Sequence record: OX090892
Length of the DNA stretch: 40,010 bases
Source: Escherichia phage vB_Eco_Titus
Direction: 5' to 3' (one strand)
Below are positions 1 to 10,043 of the stretch, piece after piece; the first letter of the stretch is position 1; each line of letters opens with the position of its first letter. The notes beneath the pieces are model-generated. The model saw nothing but the letters and a program-made list of their open reading frames with translations. It did not search any database and was not told where the DNA came from. The position numbers were made by a program, and so were the translations under genes.

Positions 1-809
1 GTGCGTACTTCCTGAGTCGTACTAACAAGATGATTGCTGCCTTGCGTAGTGCTTGGTTGAGCAACGAGGAGCAGCTAGCCTTGGGTCAATTCCTGCAAGA
101 GTCACGCTGGCCTGAAGGCATTGTGCTGGACGGGGAGGCGATGGTTAAAGGTATGGACTTCAATGCTTCTTCAGGTCGCCTGCGGTCAGACGCTCAGTTA
201 CCACTAAGTCAATTGACCTATGTGCTGTACGGTGTGTTGCCTGCTTCTGAGTTGGAAGCATCCGAGACTGCTGACTTGAGTCTGTCCAATGTGATGATTC
301 AGGTTATCTCTCAAGTCACCATCCATCAGCTAAAGGAACTGCTGAAACCTATTGACTGGCAACTGGCTGAGTCATGGGACGTGTACGACATGGAGCAAAT
401 CAATGAGCTGTTTGAAGAACAGTTATCATTAGGCCGTGAAGGTCTGGTACTTAAAGACCCTATGGCACCGTGGAAGCGCGGAAAGAAAACCGGATGGTGG
501 AAGGTGAAGAACGAAGACACCATTGACGGTAATGTAGTTGGCGTAGTGTGGGGAACTGAAGGCAAGGCCAATGAAGGCAAAGTGATTGGCTTCGAGGTCT
601 TACTAGAGAATGGCGTTGTGGTGAATGCCTGTGGTCTGACTCAAGACCAGATGGTTCGATTCACTAGCAACATCAAGTTGAACCCTGATTACTACAAAGA
701 TTGGGCTGTTCAGGTTAAGTTCATGGAGCGTACACCTGATGGTTCACTGCGTCACCCTAGCTTTGACTGCTGGCGTGGCATGGCTGGGCATGAAACGGAG
801 AAAATGTAA
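1..809 (+). CDS. 1.3: ATP-dependent DNA ligase, C-terminal part (T7 gene 1.3 homologue); 5' end cut by window edge, continues in frame from 39848..40010
   Basis: Frame 3 is open from position 3; translation (DGEAMVKGMDFNASSGRLRS ... KDPMAPWKRGKKTGWWKVK ... TPDGSLRHPSF) matches remembered T7 ligase motifs; stop at 807-809. Confidence 0.85.
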   Translation, partial: AYFLSRTNKMIAALRSAWLSNEEQLALGQFLQESRWPEGIVLDGEAMVKGMDFNASSGRLRSDAQLPLSQLTYVLYGVLPASELEASETADLSLSNVMIQVISQVTIHQLKELLKPIDWQLAESWDVYDMEQINELFEEQLSLGREGLVLKDPMAPWKRGKKTGWWKVKNEDTIDGNVVGVVWGTEGKANEGKVIGFEVLLENGVVVNACGLTQDQMVRFTSNIKLNPDYYKDWAVQVKFMERTPDGSLRHPSFDCWRGMAGHETEKM

Positions 810-874
810 TGACTGTAGCCGTTATGTTCTTGGTTGTCGTAGGTCTGAGTATTGCAGCCTATGTGTCATCTCAT

Positions 875-898
875 TAATTATCACCCACTATTGGAGAA
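875..898 (+). promoter_or_regulatory. Phage RNAP promoter (variant TTAATTATCACCCACTATTGGAGA), +1 G at 893
   Basis: Member of the 17-copy motif family TAATTAACACCCACTATTGGAGA, architecture analogous to T7 class II/III promoters. Confidence 0.6.
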
Positions 899-902
899 CA
901 TC

Positions 903-1022
903 ATGTTTATTTCCTATTGTTCACTGCTTGGTGCATCCTGTGGGTCTGCTCACGAGACGAACACCGTTGCAAATACTGTGGCGCTCCTTACTCTGAGTGC
1001 TTCTGTAAACATTCCTAATTAA
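903..1022 (+). CDS. Small hypothetical ORF (39 aa) between two tandem phage promoters
   Basis: ATG at 903 six nt after GGAG of the promoter start region; MFISYCSLLGASCGSAHETNTVANTVALLTLSASVNIPN; position corresponds to T7 small genes 1.4-1.6; not in ORF track (<60 aa). Confidence 0.2.
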   Translation: MFISYCSLLGASCGSAHETNTVANTVALLTLSASVNIPN

Positions 1023-1039
1023 CCACCACTATTGGAGAA
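1016..1039 (+). promoter_or_regulatory. Phage RNAP promoter (variant TAATTAACCACCACTATTGGAGA), +1 G at 1034
   Basis: Promoter motif family; directly precedes dNMP kinase gene. Confidence 0.6.
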
Positions 1040-1046
1040 CATCATT

Positions 1047-1787
1047 ATGATTCATGTACATCTGCCAACAATCATTGGTATCTGCGCTCATGCACCACGT
1101 TCAGGTAAAGACACTCTGGCTGACTACATCGAGCGAGAAGCTGAGACCAAGGGTCTGCGCTATTTCCGTATTGCCTTCGGTGACTTGCTGCGTGAGGTAG
1201 TATCAACACTGTTCGGTATGAACTCTCGTGACTACGTTATGGCTGCTCTGCTGGGTTCCATGAAAGACGTAGCTCATGGTCGGTACAGTATCCGTAACCT
1301 AGAGAACGAATCCCTTAAAGAGTTCCTGATTGGAACCTTGGGATTAGACCCAGACGAACCACGTTCCCCACGTTTCTATATGCAGCGTGTAGGCAACGAC
1401 TACGTTAAGGGTCACTTAGGTCTTGAGAGCATGTGGGTTGACGCTGTGGGTACACAGATTACCACTCGCCTGTTGTACGGTAACGCTCCTGACTTGGTGA
1501 TTATCACAGATGTCCGCTCACCTAATGAGTTCGACTATGTGACTGAATGTGGGTTCTCGGTTGAAGTTAAGACTCAGGGCTTCCCTGCCTTGACTCACTC
1601 TGCTAAACCTGACACCTCTCACCCTGTAGAGAATCACCGCTTTGACTGTGACTTTGTGTTCACCAATGTGTATGGTGACATGCAGTCCCTTCAGTATCAG
1701 CTCCGTGAGTCTGGTCTGATTGATGCAGTCATTGAGCGTAACGAGATATTGAAGCAACGTGTATTTGAACAGGAGGATTACCAGTGA
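1047..1787 (+). CDS. Deoxynucleoside monophosphate kinase, P-loop type (T4 gp1-like), at the T7 gene 1.7 position
   Basis: ATG at 1047 (track start 1032 is TTG inside the promoter); P-loop GICAHAPRSGKDT resembles remembered T4 dNMP kinase LSGVKRSGKDT; downstream blocks MQRVGNDYV and LVIITDVRSPNE also align. Confidence 0.55.
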   Translation: MIHVHLPTIIGICAHAPRSGKDTLADYIEREAETKGLRYFRIAFGDLLREVVSTLFGMNSRDYVMAALLGSMKDVAHGRYSIRNLENESLKEFLIGTLGLDPDEPRSPRFYMQRVGNDYVKGHLGLESMWVDAVGTQITTRLLYGNAPDLVIITDVRSPNEFDYVTECGFSVEVKTQGFPALTHSAKPDTSHPVENHRFDCDFVFTNVYGDMQSLQYQLRESGLIDAVIERNEILKQRVFEQEDYQ

Positions 1788-1951
1788 AGCGATTCGTTAT
1801 CCATCTTGAACGTGAAGGTTCCAATGAGGAAGAACGCACTGTTATCTTGGCGCGTGACCTAGACCATGCACTAGACAAAGCTCACTCTTTGTACGGTGAG
1901 GACGTGGTAACTCGTGTCCGTCCTGAATTAACACCCACTATTGGAAACTAA
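1784..1951 (+). CDS. 2: gp2-like inhibitor of host RNA polymerase (55 aa)
   Basis: GTG start overlapping the kinase stop (GTGA), AGGAGG 8 nt upstream; C-terminus ...YGEDVVTRVRPEL matches remembered T7 gp2 ...FEVTRVRPCVAPK; absent from ORF track because <60 aa. Confidence 0.55.
   Translation: MKRFVIHLEREGSNEEERTVILARDLDHALDKAHSLYGEDVVTRVRPELTPTIGN
1925..1948 (+). promoter_or_regulatory. Phage RNAP promoter (GAATTAACACCCACTATTGGAAAC), +1 G at 1943
   Basis: Promoter motif family; lies inside the 3' end of the gp2-like ORF. Confidence 0.6.
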
Positions 1952-1964
1952 ACTCTAAGATAAA

Positions 1965-1999
1965 ACTCAAGGTCATTCGCACAGAGTGGCCTTTATGAT
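1965..1999 (+). ncRNA. RNase III processing-site hairpin (T7 R-site-like)
   Basis: Conserved CTCAAGGTCATTCGCACAGAGTGGCCTTTATGA; 10-bp stem AAGGTCATTC / GAGTGGCCTT with two G-U wobbles; six copies in genome at intergenic positions. Confidence 0.5.
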
Positions 2000-2035
2000 T
2001 TATCTTTGTTCAATAAACAACCAATGAGGTAAACA

Positions 2036-2221
2036 ATGCGTAACCCTGAAGTAGTAAAGATTAAATCAAACAAGGCTCGCCGTTCAGACGAGGAGATGGA
2101 ACTCATTAATGAGCGTAAGTTCAAAGGTGAGGTACGCCGCAAGGTTCGTGCTGCTAAGCGTGAACGTACTCGTTTGTGGGCTGAAGGTGAATACGAAGGA
2201 GGTGACCGCTATGCGCACTGA
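2036..2221 (+). CDS. Hypothetical small basic protein (61 aa)
   Basis: ATG with GAGGT 5 nt upstream; Arg/Lys-rich (RRKVRAAKRERTR); no recognisable homology. Confidence 0.45.
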   Translation: MRNPEVVKIKSNKARRSDEEMELINERKFKGEVRRKVRAAKRERTRLWAEGEYEGGDRYAH

Positions 2222-2524
2222 TAAAGGTTATTCAAACTTGCGTTACTTCTCACGCCGTAAGGACGCTGGGATGATGGGTGTCTTTTATAATCATGTGCTG
2301 ACACAAAAGCAGCAGAAGAATATTGAGACTATCCTGTTCAAATCTGGTGACGATGGTTACAATGCCATCAAGTTACCTAACGGTGAGATTCTATTTCATC
2401 GTGAGTTCCTTGAGGCAACATTCAAGAAGGCTGTGTCTGTGTACGCAAGCACTGTCGATATGTCCATTTCATCCAGTCTAGCATTCAAGGCATTAGGCGA
2501 AGTTCTTGAACTACGAGGTGCATA

Positions 2525-2525
<1 letters not shown>
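2211..2525 (+). CDS. Hypothetical protein (104 aa)
   Basis: ATG at 2211 preceded by GGAGG (2198-2202); overlaps stop of upstream ORF (ATGCGCACTGA); track ORF 2109..2525 has an implausible upstream start overlapping the previous gene. Confidence 0.45.
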
Positions 2526-4422
<1,897 letters not shown>

Positions 4423-4605
4423 ATGAAAGGTGCTATTATCTTCTACATTGTGATGACTCTGCTGGCTTGTGCTGGTTGGATTACCAACATCGTCAATGTA
4501 ATTACAGGCTTCCACCATGAGGTCGGTATCCTGTTTGTTGCTCAGTGCTTTGGCATCGCCGCCTTCCCTCTTGGGTCTGTGCTGGGCATCGCCTCTTGGT
4601 TCTAA
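4423..4605 (+). CDS. Small hydrophobic membrane protein (60 aa, two predicted TM segments)
   Basis: ATG immediately after primase stop, GGAG upstream; MKGAIIFYIVMTLLACAGWITNIVNVITGFHHEVGILFVAQCFGIAAFPLGSVLGIASWF is almost entirely hydrophobic. Confidence 0.5.
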   Translation: MKGAIIFYIVMTLLACAGWITNIVNVITGFHHEVGILFVAQCFGIAAFPLGSVLGIASWF

Positions 4606-4606
4606 C

Positions 4607-4630
4607 TAATTAACCCTGACTATTGGAAAC
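4607..4630 (+). promoter_or_regulatory. Phage RNAP promoter, divergent variant (TAATTAACCCTGACTATTGGAAAC), +1 G at 4625
   Basis: Matches family at -17..-10 and -4..+2 but has CCTGA for CACCC. Confidence 0.45.
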
Positions 4631-4650
4631 TAACATAAGGAGAATACACT

Positions 4651-4926
4651 ATGTCTATCGTTGCTAAAGTTCTGCCCGCTGTTCTGCGCTTTGTTATTCG
4701 TGCTTCTGTTAAAGCTCTGACCTCTGAGGTTAACGGCTCTGAAGCCAAGCGTAAGGCAATCCAAAAGAAACACGATGCGAAAGAAGCAAAGCTGCACACT
4801 AAGATTGAGGAGCTGCGCAAGCAACGTGAAGCTATCCGGTCTGCTCGTACCGAAGAAGTGTTTGCCAATACACGTAAGACACAGCAAGCACAAGACATGC
4901 TGGACAAACTGAGCAAGCTCGCCTAA
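4651..4926 (+). CDS. Hypothetical protein (91 aa): amphipathic N-terminus plus highly charged helical region
   Basis: Strong RBS TAAGGAGA 7 nt upstream; leader identical over 23 nt to that of the gene at 9717. Confidence 0.55.
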   Translation: MSIVAKVLPAVLRFVIRASVKALTSEVNGSEAKRKAIQKKHDAKEAKLHTKIEELRKQREAIRSARTEEVFANTRKTQQAQDMLDKLSKLA

Positions 4927-4935
4927 CAGTGTAAG

Positions 4936-4968
4936 ACTAAAGGTCATTCTTCGGAGTGGCCTTTGTGA
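4936..4968 (+). ncRNA. RNase III processing-site hairpin
   Basis: CTAAAGGTCATTCTTCGGAGTGGCCTTTGTGAG; same stem family. Confidence 0.5.
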
Positions 4969-5011
4969 GTTACATTGTAAACAACCTGTAAATAAATAAG
5001 GAGGACTCCTA

Positions 5012-5737
5012 ATGTCAACTAAGCCACAAAAGAAAATGTACACAACTCCGGTCGGTGTCGTAGGTGCATATCCTTACCTGCAACGTCCTGACAAGGGTAA
5101 CGAGAAGTTCCCTAAGCCTCGCGGTGAGTGGAGCTGTAAGCTGCTGATTCCTAGTGCTCAAGCACAAAAGGTAGTAGACCTGATTGTGAAGGCTTCCGAG
5201 GCCAACTATCAGAACTACCTTGAGAACATTCATCCTAAGCGTCTGGCCGAAGCGAAAGCAAAAGGTAAGCGTCCGCCTAAGCAACTGGATGAAGCACAGT
5301 ACCCATTCTATGAAGACGACCAAGGTAACGTAGTATTCACCTTCAAGAGTCACGCTTCATACCAAGACAAGTCTGGTGAGACTAAAGAGATTACTCTGCG
5401 TGTCTACGACTGCCAAGGTAAGCGCATTCAGGTAGTACCTAACATCTGCAATGGTTCTGAGGGTCGTGTTGAGTTCTCACTCGTGCCTTACGTCTCCGAA
5501 GTCGCTAACGTTGGTATCAAGCTGCAACTTGAGAAGTTCCAACTGTTGAAGCTGAAGGAATGGACAGGCAATGACACCTTCGGTGGTGGCGCTGTGGAAG
5601 GCTATGAAGATGGCTTCAAGGCTGATGAATTTAGTGGTGAAGGCACAGGCTTTGAAGACCACGACTACAGCGATGATGAACCTGCTGGTGGTACTGCTCA
5701 GGACTACCACGAAGACACTACCTACGGTGACTTCTAA
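5012..5737 (+). CDS. 2.5: Single-stranded DNA-binding protein (T7 gene 2.5 homologue)
   Basis: 241 aa; core similar to remembered T7 gp2.5 (…SLVPY…KLQLE…) and acidic C-terminal tail ending in ..YGDF as in T7 (..DGDF). Confidence 0.9.
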   Translation: MSTKPQKKMYTTPVGVVGAYPYLQRPDKGNEKFPKPRGEWSCKLLIPSAQAQKVVDLIVKASEANYQNYLENIHPKRLAEAKAKGKRPPKQLDEAQYPFYEDDQGNVVFTFKSHASYQDKSGETKEITLRVYDCQGKRIQVVPNICNGSEGRVEFSLVPYVSEVANVGIKLQLEKFQLLKLKEWTGNDTFGGGAVEGYEDGFKADEFSGEGTGFEDHDYSDDEPAGGTAQDYHEDTTYGDF

Positions 5738-6186
5738 TGGCTAGGACTCCGGTACGAAAACACAATGTGAGTGCGTATCGGTCTGGCCTAGAGGAAAAGA
5801 TTGCGGGTCAGCTTGAACAGGCTGGCCTGCCAGTACGCTTCGAGGAGGCATACATTAAGTATGTCATCCCTGAGTCAGACCATAAGTACACACCTGACTT
5901 CATCCTACCTAACGGTATCATCATTGAGTCAAAGGGTCTGTTCGATGTAGACGATAGGAAGAAACACCTGTTGCTCAAAGACCAGTATCCTGAGTTAGAC
6001 ATCCGGTTTGTGTTCTCTCGATCAGCCACTAAGCTGTACAAGGGAGCCAAGACCACGTATGCCGATTGGTGTGAACGTTATGGTTTTCAGTATGCTGACA
6101 AACTGATTCCGCCTAACTGGTTACGTGAATCCCATAAACCTATTCCAGAAGGAGTATTGATACCTAAAGGAGGTAAATCAAAATGA
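5737..6186 (+). CDS. 3: Endonuclease I, Holliday-junction resolvase (T7 gene 3 homologue)
   Basis: 149 aa; FRSGLE..K...QLE, YTPDFILPNGI..E.KGL, DDRKKHLL, ELDIR.VFS...TKLYKG match T7 gp3. Confidence 0.9.
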   Translation: MARTPVRKHNVSAYRSGLEEKIAGQLEQAGLPVRFEEAYIKYVIPESDHKYTPDFILPNGIIIESKGLFDVDDRKKHLLLKDQYPELDIRFVFSRSATKLYKGAKTTYADWCERYGFQYADKLIPPNWLRESHKPIPEGVLIPKGGKSK

Positions 6187-6638
6187 AGACTAAATTTAAG
6201 AAACGTCCTGAGACTACCAAGATTGTAGTCCACTGTTCGGCTACCCGTGAGGACAAAGACTTTGGTGTGCGTGACATCCGCCTGTGGCATAAAGCTAAAG
6301 GTTGGCTGGATGTAGGCTACCACTACGTTATCAAGCGTGATGGTACTATCGAAGAAGGTCGTCCTGATGATGTAATCGGTGCAGGTGCAGAGGGTCACAA
6401 CACTGACTCAATCCACATCTGTCTGGTTGGTGGTCTGGACAAGGAGGGCAATACACTCGAAGGCTTCCACAATGCGTTCACTGACGCTCAGGAGGTGTCT
6501 CTGTTCCACCTGATTGCTGCAATGGAGGAGAAGTATCCTACCGTTCGCGTAGTGTGTGGACACCGCGACCTGCCTCGTGTAGCCAAAGCGTGTCCTTGCT
6601 TCGATGTCGTTAAGTGGCTGGAAGAAGTGGTAGTCTAA
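6183..6638 (+). CDS. 3.5: N-acetylmuramoyl-L-alanine amidase / lysozyme (T7 gene 3.5 homologue)
   Basis: 151 aa; VHCSAT...GVR.IR.WH...GWLDVGYH..IKRDGT.E.GR, H.....CPCFD match T7 lysozyme. Confidence 0.95.
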   Translation: MKTKFKKRPETTKIVVHCSATREDKDFGVRDIRLWHKAKGWLDVGYHYVIKRDGTIEEGRPDDVIGAGAEGHNTDSIHICLVGGLDKEGNTLEGFHNAFTDAQEVSLFHLIAAMEEKYPTVRVVCGHRDLPRVAKACPCFDVVKWLEEVVV

Positions 6639-6645
6639 GTTACAT

Positions 6646-6679
6646 ACTCAAGGTCATCCGTAATGGGTGGCCTTTATGA
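6646..6679 (+). ncRNA. RNase III processing-site hairpin
   Basis: ACTCAAGGTCATCCGTAATGGGTGGCCTTTATGA. Confidence 0.5.
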
Positions 6680-6682
6680 ATG

Positions 6683-6706
6683 TAATTAACACCCACTATT
6701 GGTATT
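6683..6706 (+). promoter_or_regulatory. Phage RNAP promoter (TAATTAACACCCACTATTGGTATT), +1 G at 6701
   Basis: Promoter motif family. Confidence 0.6.
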
Positions 6707-6726
6707 AACTCAAAGGAGAAAACAAT

Positions 6727-7227
6727 ATGTCAACATCTATGTCATTCGACCGTGCTGTACACATTGCCTGCAAAACTCTGATGTCTGCGGGTAGCTTCAC
6801 TCAAGACGAACGCGCTGCTGCGTATGACACCTTGGTAAGCGTCAATGTCCAGTTCAAACAGATGTTCGAGAACATGTTCCCACAAATTGCTAAGGCAGAG
6901 CCAAAGGTTAACGACACTCTGTCTAAGTTTGAGGAAATCCTGAACGAACCAGAGTTGGAGATGGTTAGCAACATTGTTGAACTACGTGGTGCAACAAAGG
7001 CTATGAACGACAATGGGTTCTTTGATGGTATGAAGTTTGAGGTGGTAACATCTCGTGGTACTCCTTACTCAAACAACAAGTACCGTGTATCCCTGTGTCG
7101 TCACCTGCGTACTGGTAAGCTGGCATGGTTAACCTCAGACAAACTTGAGTCAATCGAAATGACTAAGGAGAAGTACGACTCTCTGGTTGAGAAGCGTATG
7201 GCTAAATCTTACAAGTACGACTTTTAA
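6727..7227 (+). CDS. Hypothetical protein (166 aa)
   Basis: RBS AAAGGAG upstream; sits between lysozyme and DNA polymerase; no homology recognised. Confidence 0.6.
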   Translation: MSTSMSFDRAVHIACKTLMSAGSFTQDERAAAYDTLVSVNVQFKQMFENMFPQIAKAEPKVNDTLSKFEEILNEPELEMVSNIVELRGATKAMNDNGFFDGMKFEVVTSRGTPYSNNKYRVSLCRHLRTGKLAWLTSDKLESIEMTKEKYDSLVEKRMAKSYKYDF

Positions 7228-7239
7228 TAGGAGCTACAA

Positions 7240-9315
7240 ATGATTTCCATCAAGGTATCGGATATAGAGACAGACGGGCTATTGGATACTGTCTCTAAGT
7301 TTCACTGTGCTGTGGTCATCGACTACTTCACTGGTGAGACAATCCGCTATGCCCCGTGGGACTTCAAGAAGTATATCGAAGACATCGAGCGGTGGTCTGC
7401 TGAAGGCCACTTGCTTGCATACCACAACGGTATCAAGTATGACGTTCCTGCCTTGAATATCCTGAAGAAGAAACACTTCGGTAAGCGGTTGAATATCAAC
7501 AAGAAATCATTTCTGGATACCCTAGTGTGTACCCGTCTTGTGTACTCAAACATCAAAGACATTGATGGGGGTCTGATGCGTTCAGGCCGCCTGCCGTCTA
7601 AGATGTTCGGGTCACACTCATTGAAGGCTTGGGGTTATCGCTTGGGAATCCTGAAGGGTGAGTACGGTGAGCAAGAGAACGCATGGGCTGAGTACACTGT
7701 GGACATGATGGACTACTGTGAGCAGGACGTTCGAGTAACAGTCTCTCTGCTTGAGAAGTTGTTCACCAATGAGTGGTACTTTACGCCTAACCAGTGGGGT
7801 GACTTCAGCGAGTCTATTCGCTTGGAGCATGACGCTGCGTGGGTTCTCGCTAAGATGGAACGCAACGGTTTTCCGTTTGACACCAAAAGCGCAGTCGCTC
7901 TGTACGCACAAGAAGCTGGGCATAAGCAAAACTTATATCAAGAGTTGGTTAAGACCTTCGGCTCATGGTACAGACCAAAAGGTGGTACTACTCCGTTCTT
8001 GCATCCGGTCACTGGTCAACCACTGGATAAGTATCCTCGCGTTAAATACCCTAAGGCTGGCTCACTGTTCACTAAGTCCGGTAAGCTGTCTTCAACGTTG
8101 TATTACGAAGGACGACCATTCACTCCGGTTGAGCATGTAACGTTTAACCCTGCGTCTCGTGACCACATCGTTAAGGTACTGAAAGACATCGGGTGGACTC
8201 CTGTAGACTTCACTGATGCGGGTAACCCTGTAGTAGACGATGATGCACTGTCTATCGTTATCGAACACAAGCTAGTACCTGAGGAGTACATTTCAAAGGT
8301 AGAGCTGATTCGTGAGTACCTGACGGTTAACAAACTGCTTGGTCAGTTAGCTGAAGGTGATAACGCTTGGTTGCGACATGAACGTGATGGTTATATCCAC
8401 GGTTCTGTTAACCCTAACGGCGCTGTAACTGGTCGTGCGACTCACGCATTCCCTAACGTTGCACAGGTTCCTTCAATCCGTAAGTATCGGGGCAAAGAGT
8501 GTCGCTCATTGTTCGGCGCTTGTCACCACATCGGGAAAGACGGTAAGCCTTGGATTCAGGTTGGTGTCGATGCTAGTGGTCTTGAGCTTCGCTGCTTGGG
8601 TCACTTCATGGCTCGCTATGATGACGGTGCTTACATTGACGTAATCCTGAACGGTGACATCCATTGGCAGAACTGTATTGCCGCTGGTCTTCATCCTAAC
8701 GTTCCACGGGATAAGCACAACGAAGCACACGAAGCCGCACGTAACAACGCTAAGACGTTTATCTATGGCTTCCTGTATGGTGCAGGTGCGGCCAAGATAG
8801 GTGAGATTGTAGGTAAGTTTGGTGAGGAAGGTAAGAAGGCAGGTAAGGAACTCATTGAGTCATTCCTGAATGAAACACCTGCAATCAAGGCACTGCGTGA
8901 AGCTGTAGCTGACACCCTCATTGCCGATGCTAAGTGGGTCAACGGTGAGCAACAAATCAAGTGGAAGCGTAAGTGGATTCGTGGTATGGATGGCCGTAAG
9001 GTTCACGTCCGGTCACCACACGCTGCGTTGAACACTCTGTTGCAATCTGCTGGTGCTCTCATTTGTAAGAAATGGGTAGTCGTACTTGTGCAGATGCTTG
9101 AGGACAAAGGCTATGTACACGGCTGGGATGGAGACTTTGCGCTAATGGGCTGGATTCATGACGAGGTTCAGATTGCAGCTCGCACTGAGGAAATCGCACA
9201 CGACATCATTAACATGTGTCAAGAGGCTATGCGATTTGTTGGTGAATCGTGGAACTTCCGGTGTCCGTTAGATACCGAAGGTAAGATTGGCCGACATTGG
9301 GCTGATTGTCACTGA
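7240..9315 (+). CDS. 5: DNA polymerase (T7 gene 5 homologue)
   Basis: 691 aa; extensive identity to remembered T7 gp5 (VSDIE..LL..V.KFHC, HNG.KYDVPAL, thioredoxin-binding loop, KTFIYGFLYGAG, HDE.Q, ending CH). Confidence 0.95.
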   Translation: MISIKVSDIETDGLLDTVSKFHCAVVIDYFTGETIRYAPWDFKKYIEDIERWSAEGHLLAYHNGIKYDVPALNILKKKHFGKRLNINKKSFLDTLVCTRLVYSNIKDIDGGLMRSGRLPSKMFGSHSLKAWGYRLGILKGEYGEQENAWAEYTVDMMDYCEQDVRVTVSLLEKLFTNEWYFTPNQWGDFSESIRLEHDAAWVLAKMERNGFPFDTKSAVALYAQEAGHKQNLYQELVKTFGSWYRPKGGTTPFLHPVTGQPLDKYPRVKYPKAGSLFTKSGKLSSTLYYEGRPFTPVEHVTFNPASRDHIVKVLKDIGWTPVDFTDAGNPVVDDDALSIVIEHKLVPEEYISKVELIREYLTVNKLLGQLAEGDNAWLRHERDGYIHGSVNPNGAVTGRATHAFPNVAQVPSIRKYRGKECRSLFGACHHIGKDGKPWIQVGVDASGLELRCLGHFMARYDDGAYIDVILNGDIHWQNCIAAGLHPNVPRDKHNEAHEAARNNAKTFIYGFLYGAGAAKIGEIVGKFGEEGKKAGKELIESFLNETPAIKALREAVADTLIADAKWVNGEQQIKWKRKWIRGMDGRKVHVRSPHAALNTLLQSAGALICKKWVVVLVQMLEDKGYVHGWDGDFALMGWIHDEVQIAARTEEIAHDIINMCQEAMRFVGESWNFRCPLDTEGKIGRHWADCH

Positions 9316-9329
9316 TATAAGGAGGTCTT

Positions 9330-9665
9330 ATGGCTGCGCGTAAAACGCCTGTTGTTCGACCTCTCCGCTTCCATACTCACCCTAATGGGTGTATCACCTG
9401 CGTATCTCATAAAGCCAACCATGATGGATACTTTCGTTACAAGGTTGGTTCATCCCGTAATGGGACTGCCAAGATGTTCATGTTCCACCGATTCGTCTGG
9501 GAGCATAAGCATGGTGAGATACCAGAAGGCTACACTATTAACCACAAATGTAAGAATCGAGGTTGCCAAAATGTAGACCATATGGAATTACTGAGTGTCA
9601 CTGAACACGCTGCGGAGACTAATCGAAACAGATACAGGAAGATTAAACACCCACTATTGGAGTAA
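9330..9665 (+). CDS. HNH endonuclease (position of T7 gene 5.3)
   Basis: 111 aa; HNH motif ...GYTINHKCKNRGCQNVDHMELLSVTEHAAETNRN; RBS GGAGG upstream; 3' end overlaps a promoter. Confidence 0.8.
   Translation: MAARKTPVVRPLRFHTHPNGCITCVSHKANHDGYFRYKVGSSRNGTAKMFMFHRFVWEHKHGEIPEGYTINHKCKNRGCQNVDHMELLSVTEHAAETNRNRYRKIKHPLLE
9641..9664 (+). promoter_or_regulatory. Phage RNAP promoter (variant GATTAAACACCCACTATTGGAGTA), +1 G at 9659
   Basis: Promoter family; embedded in the last codons of the HNH gene (KHPLLE). Confidence 0.55.
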
Positions 9666-9716
9666 GGGAGCCAAAGTTCCCTAACTAAATGTCTATTAAC
9701 ATAAGGAGAATACACT

Positions 9717-10043
9717 ATGTCACACCCTAAACATATGACCCACAAGTTCAACGTATCATTCGACCTGAAGACTGTTGTTCCACTGGAAGGTGCCGAAGCT
9801 GCTCTGCAAAAGATTGTAGCCCACCACAAAGAGAACGTAGAGAACAAGGTCCCTGTGACTAAGCAGACTGTATTTGCTGGTCTTGTTGCTGAAGCATATG
9901 AGACTAAAGGCATTGAAGCTGCTGTGGTTGAACTGATGCGTTTTAACTTGCGTGAAATGCTGAAGGATGAATTGTCCTCTCTGTTCCATAACACTGAGAT
10001 TAAGACAATGAGTCCTGTAACCATCAAGGTAGTTCGTGACTAA
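9717..10043 (+). CDS. 5.5: gp5.5-like protein (108 aa)
   Basis: TAAGGAGA RBS; N-terminal MTHKFNVSFDL resembles remembered T7 gp5.5 MTKKFKVSFDV; gene position. Confidence 0.55.
   Translation: MSHPKHMTHKFNVSFDLKTVVPLEGAEAALQKIVAHHKENVENKVPVTKQTVFAGLVAEAYETKGIEAAVVELMRFNLREMLKDELSSLFHNTEIKTMSPVTIKVVRD

Noticed and set aside
739-996. 85-aa ORF overlapping the ligase 3' end and the intergenic promoter
   Set aside because: It overlaps the ligase in another frame, reads through a phage promoter, and has no RBS.
1032-1046. Upstream TTG/GTG starts proposed by the ORF track (1032, 11569, 14440, 19800, 31461, 10345, 2109)
   Set aside because: These alternative starts fall inside promoter or leader sequence or overlap the preceding gene; downstream ATG codons with properly spaced Shine-Dalgarno sequences and agreement with T7 N-termini were preferred.
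7751-8140. 129-aa + strand ORF inside the DNA polymerase gene in another frame
   Set aside because: Fully embedded in the polymerase coding region, low-complexity Ser/Leu-rich translation, no RBS; out-of-frame artefact.
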